From an uncultured Desulfatitalea sp. (lineage in GTDB: Bacteria; Desulfobacterota; Desulfobacteria; Desulfobacterales; Desulfosarcinaceae): a DNA stretch of 64,000 bases. The notes under the pieces are model-generated. The model had not been told where the DNA came from. It ran no database searches and saw nothing but the letters and a program-made list of their open reading frames with translations. Positions 53,968 through 64,000 of the stretch are shown here, in pieces (the first letter of the stretch is position 1; each line of letters opens with the position of its first letter). The position numbers and the translations under genes were made by a program. The stretch is taken from assembly GCA_963668675.2 (NCBI GenBank), contig CAXXMB010000002.1, forward strand, positions 608,001-672,000. Reading direction: 5' to 3'.

Positions 53968-56607
53968 ATGATGAAGACGCACCCGATCTCGCTTGCATTT
54001 ATCGGTCCCCACCAGAGTCTTGAACCGCACTTCAGGGAACACTATTTCGAGAGTTCATTGCGGCAGGTGCGCATATCCCTCTTCGCGGCCGTCATCTTTC
54101 TGGCCGCCTACGGCGTCATCGACTATCTGGTCGTTCCGGACAAAAGGCACCTCTTCTGGGCGATTCGCTTCGGCATCGCTTGTCCCACCGGCCTGGCCCT
54201 TCTGGGGTTCACCTTTACCAGATATGCCCGGCACTATCTGCAACCCATGCTAGGTGCCGGAACATTCATCGTGGGCATGGCTTTCATTGCCATGATCATC
54301 CTGGCACCCATTGGAAAGCAGTATGTCTATCTGTTCGGTTTGATTCAAACCCAATTCTTTATCTATACGTTTCTGCGTCTGCGTTTTATCTGGGCATCCC
54401 TCCCCTTCGGCCTGCTCATCCTTTTCCATGCAGTTGGTACAGCCATGTCGATCAACTTTCCACAGGATCGCTATATCTCCGATGTAGCGTTTCTCGCCGG
54501 CATCAACATCATGGGAATGCTGGCCTGCTATGCCATCGAATACTATACTCGCAAAAACTTCTTTCTGGCCCGTCAGCTTGAATCCAAAAAACGACGCCTG
54601 GATATGGTCAACCAATTACTGGAAAAGCGGGTTGAGAAACGCACATCGGAGCTGATCTACAGCAATCAACTTCTCGAGGCCGAAATCAAGGAGCGTCAGT
54701 TCGTTGAGAAAGCCTTGCAGGAGAGCAGCATCCGATACCAAAGCATGGTCGACAACATGACCGACTATATGGTGGTCCACAACCTCGATGGTGTCGTTGT
54801 GGAAGCCAATTATCGCGTCATCGCCGAGTTGGACTACAATCCCTCTGAAATCATGGGCAAAAATATCAAGGAACTCATCGTACCGGAACAGCGACCCGAC
54901 TTTGACGACTACTATCTGAACAGACTCGCCGTAGGGAAAAAGGTGGCCGGACAGGTCACCTTCATCGCCAAAGATGGCGATAAAAGGCAGATGTCCTTCA
55001 GCAGCATCAAGGCACTGCAGGCCGACGGCTGCGAAATGGTCTACTGCCTGGCCCGGGATATTACCGAACGCCAACGCACCGAGAAAGCGTTGGCTGAAAG
55101 CCAGGCCCGCTTTAAAGACATATTCGAAACCGCAGCCGCCGGCATGGTCATCGTGCATGCCGAAAGTCGCAAAATCGTTGAAGCGAACCCGGCAGCCGCC
55201 CAGATGATCGGCCTCCGCTTAGAGGAGATAAAAGATACACCCATCGACCAATTGATCAGGGATCCGCGATCGAACTGGCTTCTCCTGGACGAACACCACG
55301 CCGTCAACCCACTGGAGTGCAGCGTCGTTACGAAAGAGGGGACAGCTATCACTGTATTGAAAACCATGCGTCCCATGGAGTTCAATGGTGAAGCCCACTG
55401 GATCATAAGCTTTGTCAGCATGCAGAAGGTGAAAGAGGCCGAATGGGCCAAACGCAATGCCGAGCGACAGATGCATCAGGCCCAGCACCTGCAGGCCATT
55501 GGTACTCTAGCTGGTGGCATTGCTCATGATTTCAATAACATATTATATGGAATCATCGGCTATAGCGAATTGTCCCTCGACGAAGCCCCCGAAGGCTCTC
55601 TCCTGCGTGACAACCTGAACGAAATCCTGCAGGGCAGCCAAAGGGCCAAGGAGTTGGTGGCCCAGATCCTGGCCTTCAGCCGCCAGGGGGATACAGAGAA
55701 AAAACCGATCCAACCGCCTCCCCTGATCAAGGAGGCACTGAAGTTGATCCGGGCATCGCTACCAGCGACCATAGAGATCCAGTCCGACATCGGCCCTCCT
55801 GCTGAGACGATCATTGCCAACCCCACCCAGATTCACCAGGTGGTCATGAACCTGTGCACCAATGCCGCCCACGCCATGCCGCCCGAAGGCGGTATGATAA
55901 AGGTATCACTGGTGAGCGAAACCATCTCCGTTGAACAGGCCGGGCCCCATGGCACCATCGCACCGGGCGAGTATGTAAAGCTGGTGGTTAGCGACAACGG
56001 CGCCGGAATACCTGAGCGTGTTCGCAACCGTATCTTTGAGCCCTTCTTCACCACCAAACCGCAAGGGGAAGGCACCGGTATGGGATTGGCGGTGGTACTG
56101 GGGGTGATTCAAGCCCATGCGGGCGGCATCCGGGTTCACAGCGAGCCGGGAGAGGGATCGCGATTTGAGATTCTTCTACCCGTCGCCCCCGGGGAGGAGC
56201 AGGTCGAGGAGGCGGGCGAAGCCCCACCGCCGGGAGGATCCGAGCGAATTCTCTTTGTGGACGATGAAAGCGCCATCATCCACATGGGCAAACGTATGCT
56301 CTCGAAACTGGGATATGATGTGACGACCTGTCTTGGTCCCTCCGAGGCACTGGAGATTTTTCAGAAGGCGCCGGAAGCGTTCGATCTGATCATCACGGAT
56401 CTGACAATGCCCACCATGAAGGGAAGCGACCTTGCGCGCCTTCTCCTTCAGATGCGACCCGATTTGCCGGTCATACTCTGTACCGGCTATGGAGATCAAA
56501 TTACGACCGAGCAGATCCATAAAATAGGCATCCGCGAGATGCTGGTCAAACCGATTCTCAGATACAATCTTGCCATCTCGATACGTCAGGCCTTGGGTAT
56601 GAATTGA
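53968..56607 (+). CDS. Hybrid sensor histidine kinase (6TM, 2 PAS, HisKA, HATPase, REC)
   Basis: AHDFNN H-box, [14 protein letters not shown], and receiver FVDDE...ITDLTMP...KP. Confidence 0.93.
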   Translation: MMKTHPISLAFIGPHQSLEPHFREHYFESSLRQVRISLFAAVIFLAAYGVIDYLVVPDKRHLFWAIRFGIACPTGLALLGFTFTRYARHYLQPMLGAGTFIVGMAFIAMIILAPIGKQYVYLFGLIQTQFFIYTFLRLRFIWASLPFGLLILFHAVGTAMSINFPQDRYISDVAFLAGINIMGMLACYAIEYYTRKNFFLARQLESKKRRLDMVNQLLEKRVEKRTSELIYSNQLLEAEIKERQFVEKALQESSIRYQSMVDNMTDYMVVHNLDGVVVEANYRVIAELDYNPSEIMGKNIKELIVPEQRPDFDDYYLNRLAVGKKVAGQVTFIAKDGDKRQMSFSSIKALQADGCEMVYCLARDITERQRTEKALAESQARFKDIFETAAAGMVIVHAESRKIVEANPAAAQMIGLRLEEIKDTPIDQLIRDPRSNWLLLDEHHAVNPLECSVVTKEGTAITVLKTMRPMEFNGEAHWIISFVSMQKVKEAEWAKRNAERQMHQAQHLQAIGTLAGGIAHDFNNILYGIIGYSELSLDEAPEGSLLRDNLNEILQGSQRAKELVAQILAFSRQGDTEKKPIQPPPLIKEALKLIRASLPATIEIQSDIGPPAETIIANPTQIHQVVMNLCTNAAHAMPPEGGMIKVSLVSETISVEQAGPHGTIAPGEYVKLVVSDNGAGIPERVRNRIFEPFFTTKPQGEGTGMGLAVVLGVIQAHAGGIRVHSEPGEGSRFEILLPVAPGEEQVEEAGEAPPPGGSERILFVDDESAIIHMGKRMLSKLGYDVTTCLGPSEALEIFQKAPEAFDLIITDLTMPTMKGSDLARLLLQMRPDLPVILCTGYGDQITTEQIHKIGIREMLVKPILRYNLAISIRQALGMN

Positions 56608-56634
56608 TCGTTTCCGAAGGCTCGCACTATCGCG

Positions 56635-56934
56635 TTAAGCGGATTCGGGAGGATCGGTACGGTTTGGCGTCGGAGCGCATGAAGAGGAGAGGTGATCGTC
56701 CTTTAGAAAATCGTAGAGGCGTCCGCTGTAGCGGCACTGGATCATGTCTCTGATCTTACGCATCAGATACTCTCGCGTCGCCCCCTCCCCATCGATACGC
56801 AACCGAAAAGCCAGGAGCCGTTGCAGGGCCACATCCTTCTGATCTCTGTCCGGCACCATGCGCATCACGTTCTCCAACATCATGTAGAGTGGCCCGCTTA
56901 GCGACTCGATGGAGATGACTTTTTCGTCAGACAT
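56635..56934 (-). CDS. Hypothetical protein (~99 aa)
   Basis: ORF from MSDEKVISIE that fills the gap between the kinase and fliN. Confidence 0.55.
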   Translation of the reverse strand: MSDEKVISIESLSGPLYMMLENVMRMVPDRDQKDVALQRLLAFRLRIDGEGATREYLMRKIRDMIQCRYSGRLYDFLKDDHLSSSCAPTPNRTDPPESA

Positions 56935-57185
56935 GAGATACTTCCCAATGAGAGTATAGGATCCAATGTGCCGTATGCTTGCAAACACAGGGCGCATCAC
57001 TCAGAGCCAACGCTTAAGACGCGCCGCATTCATCGATTAAAGCTAATAATAATGAAATCCCTCTGTTTTGCAAGCTTTTCGAATCAATATCAGGGCAAGC
57101 TCAATGACAGGACGAAGGCAAACAGGCGGGAGGGATCAAGAGCGCTGTCTAATTACGTAGGGTTGCCAGGGAGTGCCAGCCGGCA

Positions 57186-58550
57186 TCACACCTTGAAACT
57201 ATTGACCCGCTCGATACGGCTGACCACATCGACAATTCGAATACCGTATTTTTCCTTCTCCACGACCACCTCTCCCTTGGCGATCAATGTGTCGTTGATA
57301 AGCAGATCCACCGGTTCCCCCTCCAATTGAACCAGATCCACCACCGCCCCCTGGGACAGCTTGAGCACATCATAGATGCGCTTGCTGGTGCGCCCCAGTT
57401 CGACCGTCAGCTCCAGTGGAATCTCCATAATCAAGTCAAGATTGCGCCACTCCTCCTCTTCCTTCTCTTCCGGTGCTGCCGGGGCATCGGCCGCCTTTGC
57501 CGCGGCTTGAGGGAGATCGGCCCCAACCGGCGCCTTCAGCTCATCCTTTTTGATGCCCGCATCCACGATGATCGTATTGCCGGCACAGGAAAAGAGAAAT
57601 CGCTGGGTCTTGATAATGTTCAGTGACTCGACGCGGAAATCCAGACCATTGGTAATGGCCGGCGTGGACAACACACAGGAGAGGCCCACATCCACAAAGG
57701 CGGACTTGAGGTTGCCCCCGATGATGTTGCTCAACTCGCGCATCACATCGAAGATCTCCTCTTCGCTTTCCACCTCACTCTCATCTATGCCGAGCATGGC
57801 CGCCGTCATGGTGCGGGCGAAATCGTCATTGACCTGGATATTGAACAACCCCTGCACATCTCCGGCAAAGCTGACCGTACCTACGGTACGTTTGTCTTCC
57901 CTGAAATCTTCGGGCACCTCGGGGATATTGTCGGTCTCCATGGAGAGCATGGTGTAAAAAACGTCGATGACGGCATTGATCACCGTGGTGGGGATATCCA
58001 CCGAGTTGATCTTGGCGAGAATCTCGGCGCTCTCCAGCTGGGCGATACCGGCAATTTCAGCCTTGGCACCGATATCCTCTTTAAGGGATATCTCGACGAT
58101 GATTTCATGCTTCTTGTACCTGAAGATCCATCTGTTGAGATCCCCCATCTTGCTCGGATCAATTCTAAAATCCGACCCCCGGGTGATGGAGGGTGTCGAA
58201 ATGACGCAAGCCAGGTCGTTGTCTTGAAAGTCACTCTTCAAATTGCCGCTGATGATGTTGGCCAGCTCACCAAGAACGTCCTTGATCTCCTCCACGCTGT
58301 CGAGATCACCCTCTTCGACCCCCAGCATGGTGGTTGTGATCAGGGTGGCAAACGCCTGACTTACATGCAGGCTCATGGTGCCGACCACCTCGCCGGCAAA
58401 ATGGACAGCCCCCACCAGGCGGCTTTCGTTGAGACCCTGATCGGCGCTCTTGCCCACCTTGTTCAGATCCATTTCGAGCATGGTCTCGAATGTCTCGATA
58501 ATGCAATTTGTTAGCGTCTTTTCAACAGCGGTGATGCGGATCTTTTCCAT
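57186..58550 (-). CDS. fliN: Fusion of two CheX-like phosphatase domains with a C-terminal FliN domain
   Basis: Two repeats with ELANIISG / ELSNIIGG and ..STP.IT.G. The C-terminus reads LDLIMEIPLELTVELG...IAKGEVVV...YGIRI. Confidence 0.85.
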   Translation of the reverse strand: MEKIRITAVEKTLTNCIIETFETMLEMDLNKVGKSADQGLNESRLVGAVHFAGEVVGTMSLHVSQAFATLITTTMLGVEEGDLDSVEEIKDVLGELANIISGNLKSDFQDNDLACVISTPSITRGSDFRIDPSKMGDLNRWIFRYKKHEIIVEISLKEDIGAKAEIAGIAQLESAEILAKINSVDIPTTVINAVIDVFYTMLSMETDNIPEVPEDFREDKRTVGTVSFAGDVQGLFNIQVNDDFARTMTAAMLGIDESEVESEEEIFDVMRELSNIIGGNLKSAFVDVGLSCVLSTPAITNGLDFRVESLNIIKTQRFLFSCAGNTIIVDAGIKKDELKAPVGADLPQAAAKAADAPAAPEEKEEEEWRNLDLIMEIPLELTVELGRTSKRIYDVLKLSQGAVVDLVQLEGEPVDLLINDTLIAKGEVVVEKEKYGIRIVDVVSRIERVNSFKV

Positions 58551-59464
58551 GGTCTTTTATCCAGCGTTTCGCAAAGGGAGCGTCTCCAACGGAGCGCTAC
58601 GGTCAGTTATTTGACAGACCTATCGATCTTTTGTCGGTGTCCAATACCCAAAGTGGTCCTTACTCGTCAATAACACTATAAAATTAAGCAGTTAAAATAT
58701 TGTGCCCAATCACTGCTCCAGACGAATAGTGGCATTGCAAGTTGTTGGCCAAAATGGCAACCGATCGCCCTTGCCAATAGTTGTGAGATCCATTTTTTTC
58801 TTTTCGACAGCCGACCAATGGCTTGGAACCAAATGGTGGATTGAGAAAGCGCCCCTTGTGTATTTAATTTGCGACATGTTTATATTTTGATACATACATG
58901 CCCATTACGGAATTTTAAATATAATAACAATCGGTTGCATAATTTCATATCTGTATATCCATTGTGATGAAGATCCGGCAAACACCAAGTTGTATCCAAA
59001 AAGCTACACTTTTCCCGTCTACAGAGACGAAACCACTGCCCATTAAAATGGTGCTACCATATAAAAACATATTAACTCTTTGTATTTATGTAGTTTTAAT
59101 CTCTTGCCCCCACAGTTTATGAGCATATGCCCAATATGGTTTGTTTTTTGCAGGCTGCTGTGCAACAATAAAAAATACGCAACACAATTGGTTGCACCAA
59201 TTACCGACAGATCAATAGCAGCGCTCAAAAATGACGCGCCAACGATCTTCATTTCACTTCATGACCGGTCGTTTCAAAACAACTCTGGGCGGAGACGGAA
59301 ATGGGTCATATCGGGTTTCCCGGCACCATCAAACGATTCGGTCCATGTTGGTCCTATCCAACTACCGTCGACGTCTATCACCCGACCTTTGATCTCAAGA
59401 ACCGATCATCTATGCATATGACTGACACGATTTTGTTTCTCTCTAAAACGAAGGAGGAGAAAGC

Positions 59465-60538
59465 ATGAAAAGAAGAGATTTTTTAAAACGGCTGGCAGCA
59501 ACCGGAACAGGCATTGCGCTTTCAGGGACCGTAGGCACCGTGAGCAGAGCGCATGCCCGTAAAAAAGACAAGCAAGATTTCGGTGAGGTCAAGAGTGTAA
59601 AGGTGCATTGCATTTCCGAAACCAGTTGGTTTGACAATGCGACATTGGGCAAGGACATCAAGACGGCGGGTGGCATCAATACCAACCAATATGATATCGC
59701 CTACACCGAAGAGAACCTGGGCGGATACACGGCATTGGTAGAGGTCGAGGCCCTGGACGGGACCCGGAAAAAATACCTTCTGGATACCGGTTGGAGCAAT
59801 GAGTGGGTCGATTATGTCTTTGCCAAAGATGGCATCGATAAAATGCTTCAAAACAAGGAGATCGACACCCTCTTCATCTCGCACGACCACATTGACCATT
59901 TCTTCGGCATCGAAAGCACGTTGAAGCATCAACCGGACATCAAAATCTATTTCCCCGGCACTTCCATGGAAAAGAGCTTCGAGCTGCTCAAAGGCGCCGA
60001 TTTTTCAGCCACGCCCGGATGCCCCAAAAATGCGGTCCCTCACACCGGAGAACTCATTGTCACCCAAACTGACAAGCTCTACAAGATTCAGGATGGCATG
60101 GCACTCAAATTCTTCGATTGCCCGGCAACGCTGAAGGTGCGTGGTGAAAATGTCCTCTATTTCAAAATCAAAGACAAAGGTTACGTCACCGTAACGGGTT
60201 GCTGCCATCCCGGCATCCTAACCCTGCTCACCCATGCCCGCCGAAACTTCAAGGATGGCCAGAAAAACCATGGCTGCTACGGCGGCCTGCACATCTCTGT
60301 TTTTGAGAACTGGGATCCAAAATTCGATGACATTATCAAGGGTGTGAAGCACTTTGGCATGAAGAAAATCGGCTGTAATCACTGTACCGGTTGGATATGG
60401 GCGGAAAAGGCGGAGCAGGCGGGCCTTCCCATCGTCCATGGCACAGACAAGAATTTGTCATATAAGAAAGTCGGTTCACTCGCCAGAGCCAAAACGTCAA
60501 ACGTATATCTGGGAAACGGTGATGAGATGATCTTTTAG
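59465..60538 (+). CDS. Tat-exported metallo-beta-lactamase-fold protein (COG1237-like)
   Basis: Tat signal MKRRDFLK...AHA, LLDTG, SHDHIDH, GCCHPG, GGLH and NHCTG. Confidence 0.85.
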   Translation: MKRRDFLKRLAATGTGIALSGTVGTVSRAHARKKDKQDFGEVKSVKVHCISETSWFDNATLGKDIKTAGGINTNQYDIAYTEENLGGYTALVEVEALDGTRKKYLLDTGWSNEWVDYVFAKDGIDKMLQNKEIDTLFISHDHIDHFFGIESTLKHQPDIKIYFPGTSMEKSFELLKGADFSATPGCPKNAVPHTGELIVTQTDKLYKIQDGMALKFFDCPATLKVRGENVLYFKIKDKGYVTVTGCCHPGILTLLTHARRNFKDGQKNHGCYGGLHISVFENWDPKFDDIIKGVKHFGMKKIGCNHCTGWIWAEKAEQAGLPIVHGTDKNLSYKKVGSLARAKTSNVYLGNGDEMIF

Positions 60539-60623
60539 TCCTCCTGGCGGCCTGCGGCAGGCCTCACATTTCGTTTATTTACAATGAATCATCGATGCTG
60601 AAAAACGCAGGGAGCTCAGGTAT

Positions 60624-61868
60624 ATGGATAACATGGGAACGCATCTGAATTGGCTGGAGGAGCGTGAGATAGAACCCCGGTGGCCGATCGCGGTATCCGG
60701 ATTGGTAAACCTGGCGGTCTTGGTTGCCGCCACAGGCATCATTTGGTGGGTTTTCTTCTCCATTGAGGGAGCATTTAAACTCTACACCCCGTTGCTTGGT
60801 TTCTGCCTGGTCATCTGGACCTTGCTGATCATCTTGTGGCAGACGCAGTTCTTCGATTTTTGGCCGCTGAGTCGCGGGTTTCTGAAAAACGCCCATCCGT
60901 TATCGAAAGGCGGCCTATTAACGCTGATCACGATAGCGGTCTACCTGGTGCTGCTGTTCGGCATTGTCTTCTTCATCATTGGCAAATTGGGCATCACCTA
61001 TTTCAACTGGAACAGTCTTCAACAGTACGGAGAGCTCGGACAAGATGTGGTTTCCACGCGTGAAACCGTCTCCTGGGCCATGCTGTGCCTCTCCATTCCC
61101 TTTTTCCTGGTCAGCGTATGGTTCATGCTGGGCGTCGAAAAAGACCTCTTCCACGAGCTCGGTCAGCCAAAATTCGGGTTGGCCAACTGGCTGTTTGTGG
61201 CGGTAATTGCAATACCTCTCTATGTCATCTTTTTTCATCCTCACTTGGGTTCCATGTTCTATCCGAAACAGATCTACACGGCCGTCCCGCCCTGGTGGGA
61301 AAACATCGCCCATACCAACAGTGCCGAATACACCGTAGGCATCCTTTTCTGTTCGGTCATCGGCATCTTTCTCACCTTGAACCTGTGGGACGGCTGGCCG
61401 CTGAACCTCGTCAAAAAACAGCCTTGGCGGTTTGTCTCTTTTATGCTGGGCAGTTTGGTGCTCGGGTATATCATTTTCCGTATACAACTCAGCATCTTTG
61501 ATTATCTCTGGGATGAGGCTTACGTTGGTGGACAAAACGAAGCCAACTTTGGATGGCGATACAGCCATACGATAACCATGGCCAACTTTGTACTTGTGAT
61601 CGCCATTATCCAGGATCTATTCTTCGGCCCCGCTTACGAAAAATGGCATGCCGTTGTGCGCGGCATTGTCAAAACGGTGGTGGCCATAGTGGTCGGCCTC
61701 ATCTTTGCATGGGCCTATTACAATTGGGGCCCCGCGCTCTTGGGAGTGGCCGAGGGGGTGTCTCACCCATCGGAAAATGCCTCGGCTTTTCTGATTCTGA
61801 TCATCAACATTCTCATGATTCAAGATTTCTTTATGGACCGGTGGCCGGGCTACCGGTTGAAACGATAG
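60624..61868 (+). CDS. Polytopic membrane protein, possible transporter
   Basis: 414 aa with about 10 hydrophobic segments and repeated (D/G)xWP...[HQ]P loop motifs. Confidence 0.7.
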   Translation: MDNMGTHLNWLEEREIEPRWPIAVSGLVNLAVLVAATGIIWWVFFSIEGAFKLYTPLLGFCLVIWTLLIILWQTQFFDFWPLSRGFLKNAHPLSKGGLLTLITIAVYLVLLFGIVFFIIGKLGITYFNWNSLQQYGELGQDVVSTRETVSWAMLCLSIPFFLVSVWFMLGVEKDLFHELGQPKFGLANWLFVAVIAIPLYVIFFHPHLGSMFYPKQIYTAVPPWWENIAHTNSAEYTVGILFCSVIGIFLTLNLWDGWPLNLVKKQPWRFVSFMLGSLVLGYIIFRIQLSIFDYLWDEAYVGGQNEANFGWRYSHTITMANFVLVIAIIQDLFFGPAYEKWHAVVRGIVKTVVAIVVGLIFAWAYYNWGPALLGVAEGVSHPSENASAFLILIINILMIQDFFMDRWPGYRLKR

Positions 61869-61880
61869 GACAGGTGGGTC

Positions 61881-62885
61881 ATGTCCACTGCGTGCCCGAT
61901 GGAGCATATCGATCCGGTTGGGATTGTCGAAAGTTGCCTTCACCATATGTTCATTGGCGTATTTAACGATGAAGGGGCAAGGCGGCACTTTGGCTTCTCA
62001 AGGATCAGCCCGTTTCACTGCAATGGCGGCATGCCGGGTTGGTATTTGTGGTTTGAAGACAAAGCGGGTGCCTACGGAATAGTGGTCACCGATGCTTTCT
62101 GCCACCAGGATGCGCCATCAAAGGACGGGCCCGATGCCATGGTGGCGGCAAGGATCACCGTCACCTACTTTCCAGATCCTGAAGAGGCGCTTTTCGAAGC
62201 GTTTTCCTGGTTCGAAAAAATCGCTCGCGTGAGCCACCTGTTTGACACCAGCGGCACCCCGACGGCAGAAGCAAGAAGGCAACTGCAAGACGGTTTTTTT
62301 ACGGCAGGTCATATCGACATCCTCATGACTCCAGATGGCCGTCTATTCGAGCTTGTCTGCACCGCAGCGGAGATTTGGGTTGATATCCGACCGGCCGGCC
62401 TTGCTTTATCCGACGATAAGGGCCGGCCGTTTCAAGCGGTCCAACCCGGCGGTAGGGACCGGGCGGTGCCTGGCTGGACCCTGTCCCAATTTTTGCTCGA
62501 CAAGATTGTCTCCGGCTTTTTATACTGCCAAAAGCGCAGCATAGAACAGCTCACCGAATATCAGTTTAAGATGCCGGAATTCATAATAGGAAACGACAAC
62601 CGCATTGAGAAAAGATTCGACCTTGGACTCAAGGGGTACGGCATTCAACTGACCACCGCCCCGCCTTCCGAACTTGAATCCGTCGAGGGCAGCCGGTCGG
62701 AAATAGCGGGCTGGCAGGAGCTGCTCGCAGGCACGGTCTATCCGCCAACACAGCAATGGGAAACCGTCTGGAGCGGCCGTCAACCACAAGCATCCAATTG
62801 GGGATACTCTGACTGGTCGACCATAAAAAACCTCCATTTCCACAGCCACCAAAACCATCTCTGCACATGCTACACGGACCATTGA
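61881..62885 (+). CDS. Hypothetical protein with His/Cys-rich termini
   Basis: 334-aa ORF 12 nt after the previous gene. The C-terminus is HFHSHQNHLCTC. Confidence 0.65.
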   Translation: MSTACPMEHIDPVGIVESCLHHMFIGVFNDEGARRHFGFSRISPFHCNGGMPGWYLWFEDKAGAYGIVVTDAFCHQDAPSKDGPDAMVAARITVTYFPDPEEALFEAFSWFEKIARVSHLFDTSGTPTAEARRQLQDGFFTAGHIDILMTPDGRLFELVCTAAEIWVDIRPAGLALSDDKGRPFQAVQPGGRDRAVPGWTLSQFLLDKIVSGFLYCQKRSIEQLTEYQFKMPEFIIGNDNRIEKRFDLGLKGYGIQLTTAPPSELESVEGSRSEIAGWQELLAGTVYPPTQQWETVWSGRQPQASNWGYSDWSTIKNLHFHSHQNHLCTCYTDH

Positions 62886-62945
62886 TGAAGTCCACGGTGC
62901 TTCCCCTATAGGGCAAAAGAGATGATGATCAGAGAGAGAACCATT

Positions 62946-63209
62946 ATGGACTTGCGGAGACGGCACTTTTTCACCAAATCACTTCTGCACAAAGCACTTT
63001 CATGTATCTCCGAAACGACCCAAGCGTTTGAGAGGGGGCAATCGGAAGCCGAATACTTCAACTCTTTCGAAAGCGCCTACCCATTGATTTCCGAATGCTA
63101 CGATTTCCTTGAAGAGGAGGCGGAAAAGCTGGGCATCGACACCAACAACAAAAGCAAACTCGAATTGGCCCGGGAGATACACACCGCCCTTGAGGATGTC
63201 GCACCGTAA
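62946..63209 (+). CDS. Hypothetical small protein (~87 aa)
   Basis: ORF MDLRRRHFF... with a purine-rich upstream region, followed by a terminator. Confidence 0.55.
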   Translation: MDLRRRHFFTKSLLHKALSCISETTQAFERGQSEAEYFNSFESAYPLISECYDFLEEEAEKLGIDTNNKSKLELAREIHTALEDVAP

Positions 63210-63230
63210 AGGAGATTAGAAGCGGGTGCG

Positions 63231-63261
63231 AAAAAACGCCCCGGCCAAGGCCGGGGCGTTT
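63231..63261. terminator. Bidirectional terminator
   Basis: aaaaaacgccccggcc-aa-ggccggggcgttt. Confidence 0.75.
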
Positions 63262-63287
63262 GATATTTCTAACGATGGTAAAATGAC

Positions 63288-64000
63288 TTAGAACAGGCCG
63301 CTCACCTTTCCGGTGGCCGGATCGACGTCGATGCGGCGGAAGGCCGGGTTGGAACCGGTGCCCGGCATCAGGCTTATGGTGCCTGCGCAGGGGCAGAGGA
63401 ACTTGGCGCCCGAATAGATGAGCACGTCGCGGATCGGCAGACGCCATCCCTTGGGAACGCCCTTCTTTACCGGGTCGTGGCTCAGGCTCAGGTGAGTCTT
63501 GACCATCATGGTGGCGAAGTCGGCGTACTTGGGATCGTCTTCGAGCATCTGTGCTTTGGAAGCCGCTTCCGGTGCCCAGTCCACGCCGTCGGCACCGTAC
63601 ACCTCTTTGGCAATGGTCTCCACGCGGTCGCGCAGCTTCATCTCCAGAGGATAGAGGAAATCAAAGTCGTTGCCCTCTTCGCAGGCTTCGACAACGGCAT
63701 CGGCGAACTCAAGCGCACCTTCGCCGCCCTTTTCCCAATGCTTGGACTCTGCGCAGCGTGCGCCGGCGGCCTCGGCTGCCTTGCGAACTATCGCACATTC
63801 GGCATCCGTATCGGTGTAGAAACGGTTGATACACACCACCGGGTTGATGCCGGCTTTGCGGATCACGCCGATCATGTGGACCATGTTCTCCACGCCCTGC
63901 TCGACCAGCTGCAGGTTCTCTTTGGTGTATGCGTCATCGAGGGCCTTGCCGGCAACGACCTTCGGTCCGCCACCGTGCATCTTCAGGGCGCGGATGGTGG
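63288..64000 (-). CDS. fhs: Formate-tetrahydrofolate ligase, C-terminal part (5' end outside window)
   Basis: [26 protein letters not shown] and AG.I..MPG. Confidence 0.93.
   Translation of the reverse strand, partial: TIRALKMHGGGPKVVAGKALDDAYTKENLQLVEQGVENMVHMIGVIRKAGINPVVCINRFYTDTDAECAIVRKAAEAAGARCAESKHWEKGGEGALEFADAVVEACEEGNDFDFLYPLEMKLRDRVETIAKEVYGADGVDWAPEAASKAQMLEDDPKYADFATMMVKTHLSLSHDPVKKGVPKGWRLPIRDVLIYSGAKFLCPCAGTISLMPGTGSNPAFRRIDVDPATGKVSGLF

Noticed and set aside
58702..59421. Short ORFs in the AT-rich gap
   Set aside because: No clear RBS, atypical composition and no motifs.
62883..62888. TGA after the His/Cys-rich tail as Sec
   Set aside because: Tandem TGA TGA with no convincing SECIS indicates a true stop.

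Overview
This is a gene-dense chromosomal window from an anaerobic deltaproteobacterium. The gene content points to a Desulfobacterales-like fatty-acid-oxidising sulfate reducer (inferred, not proven). Housekeeping genes include parE-parC, a U32 protein, cooC, a Ski2/HelY helicase, dgkA, pepA, tamB-tamA, thrS, rnd, a stand-alone dnaK and partial fhs. A beta-oxidation module comprises TetR, acyl-CoA dehydrogenase, fadD, a membrane Fe-S oxidoreductase and etfBA, with two copies of a FadR-box-like operator. Two convergent genes are each split by the ORF track at an in-frame TGA followed by a SECIS-like hairpin: a formate dehydrogenase alpha subunit and a ~439-aa 4Fe-4S/CCG (HdrD/GlpC-like) protein, both probable selenoproteins. 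Also present are a prkA-yeaH-spoVR-prkA2 operon and sigma28-linked signalling genes, plus a CheX-CheX-FliN fusion. An uncharacterised four-gene operon (Tat-exported metallo-beta-lactamase-fold enzyme, polytopic membrane protein, two hypotheticals) follows a ~0.9-kb AT-rich region and is the best candidate for an undescribed system. Several REP/MITE-like palindromic elements lie in intergenic gaps. I saw no rRNA, tRNA, CRISPR array, transposase or prophage.
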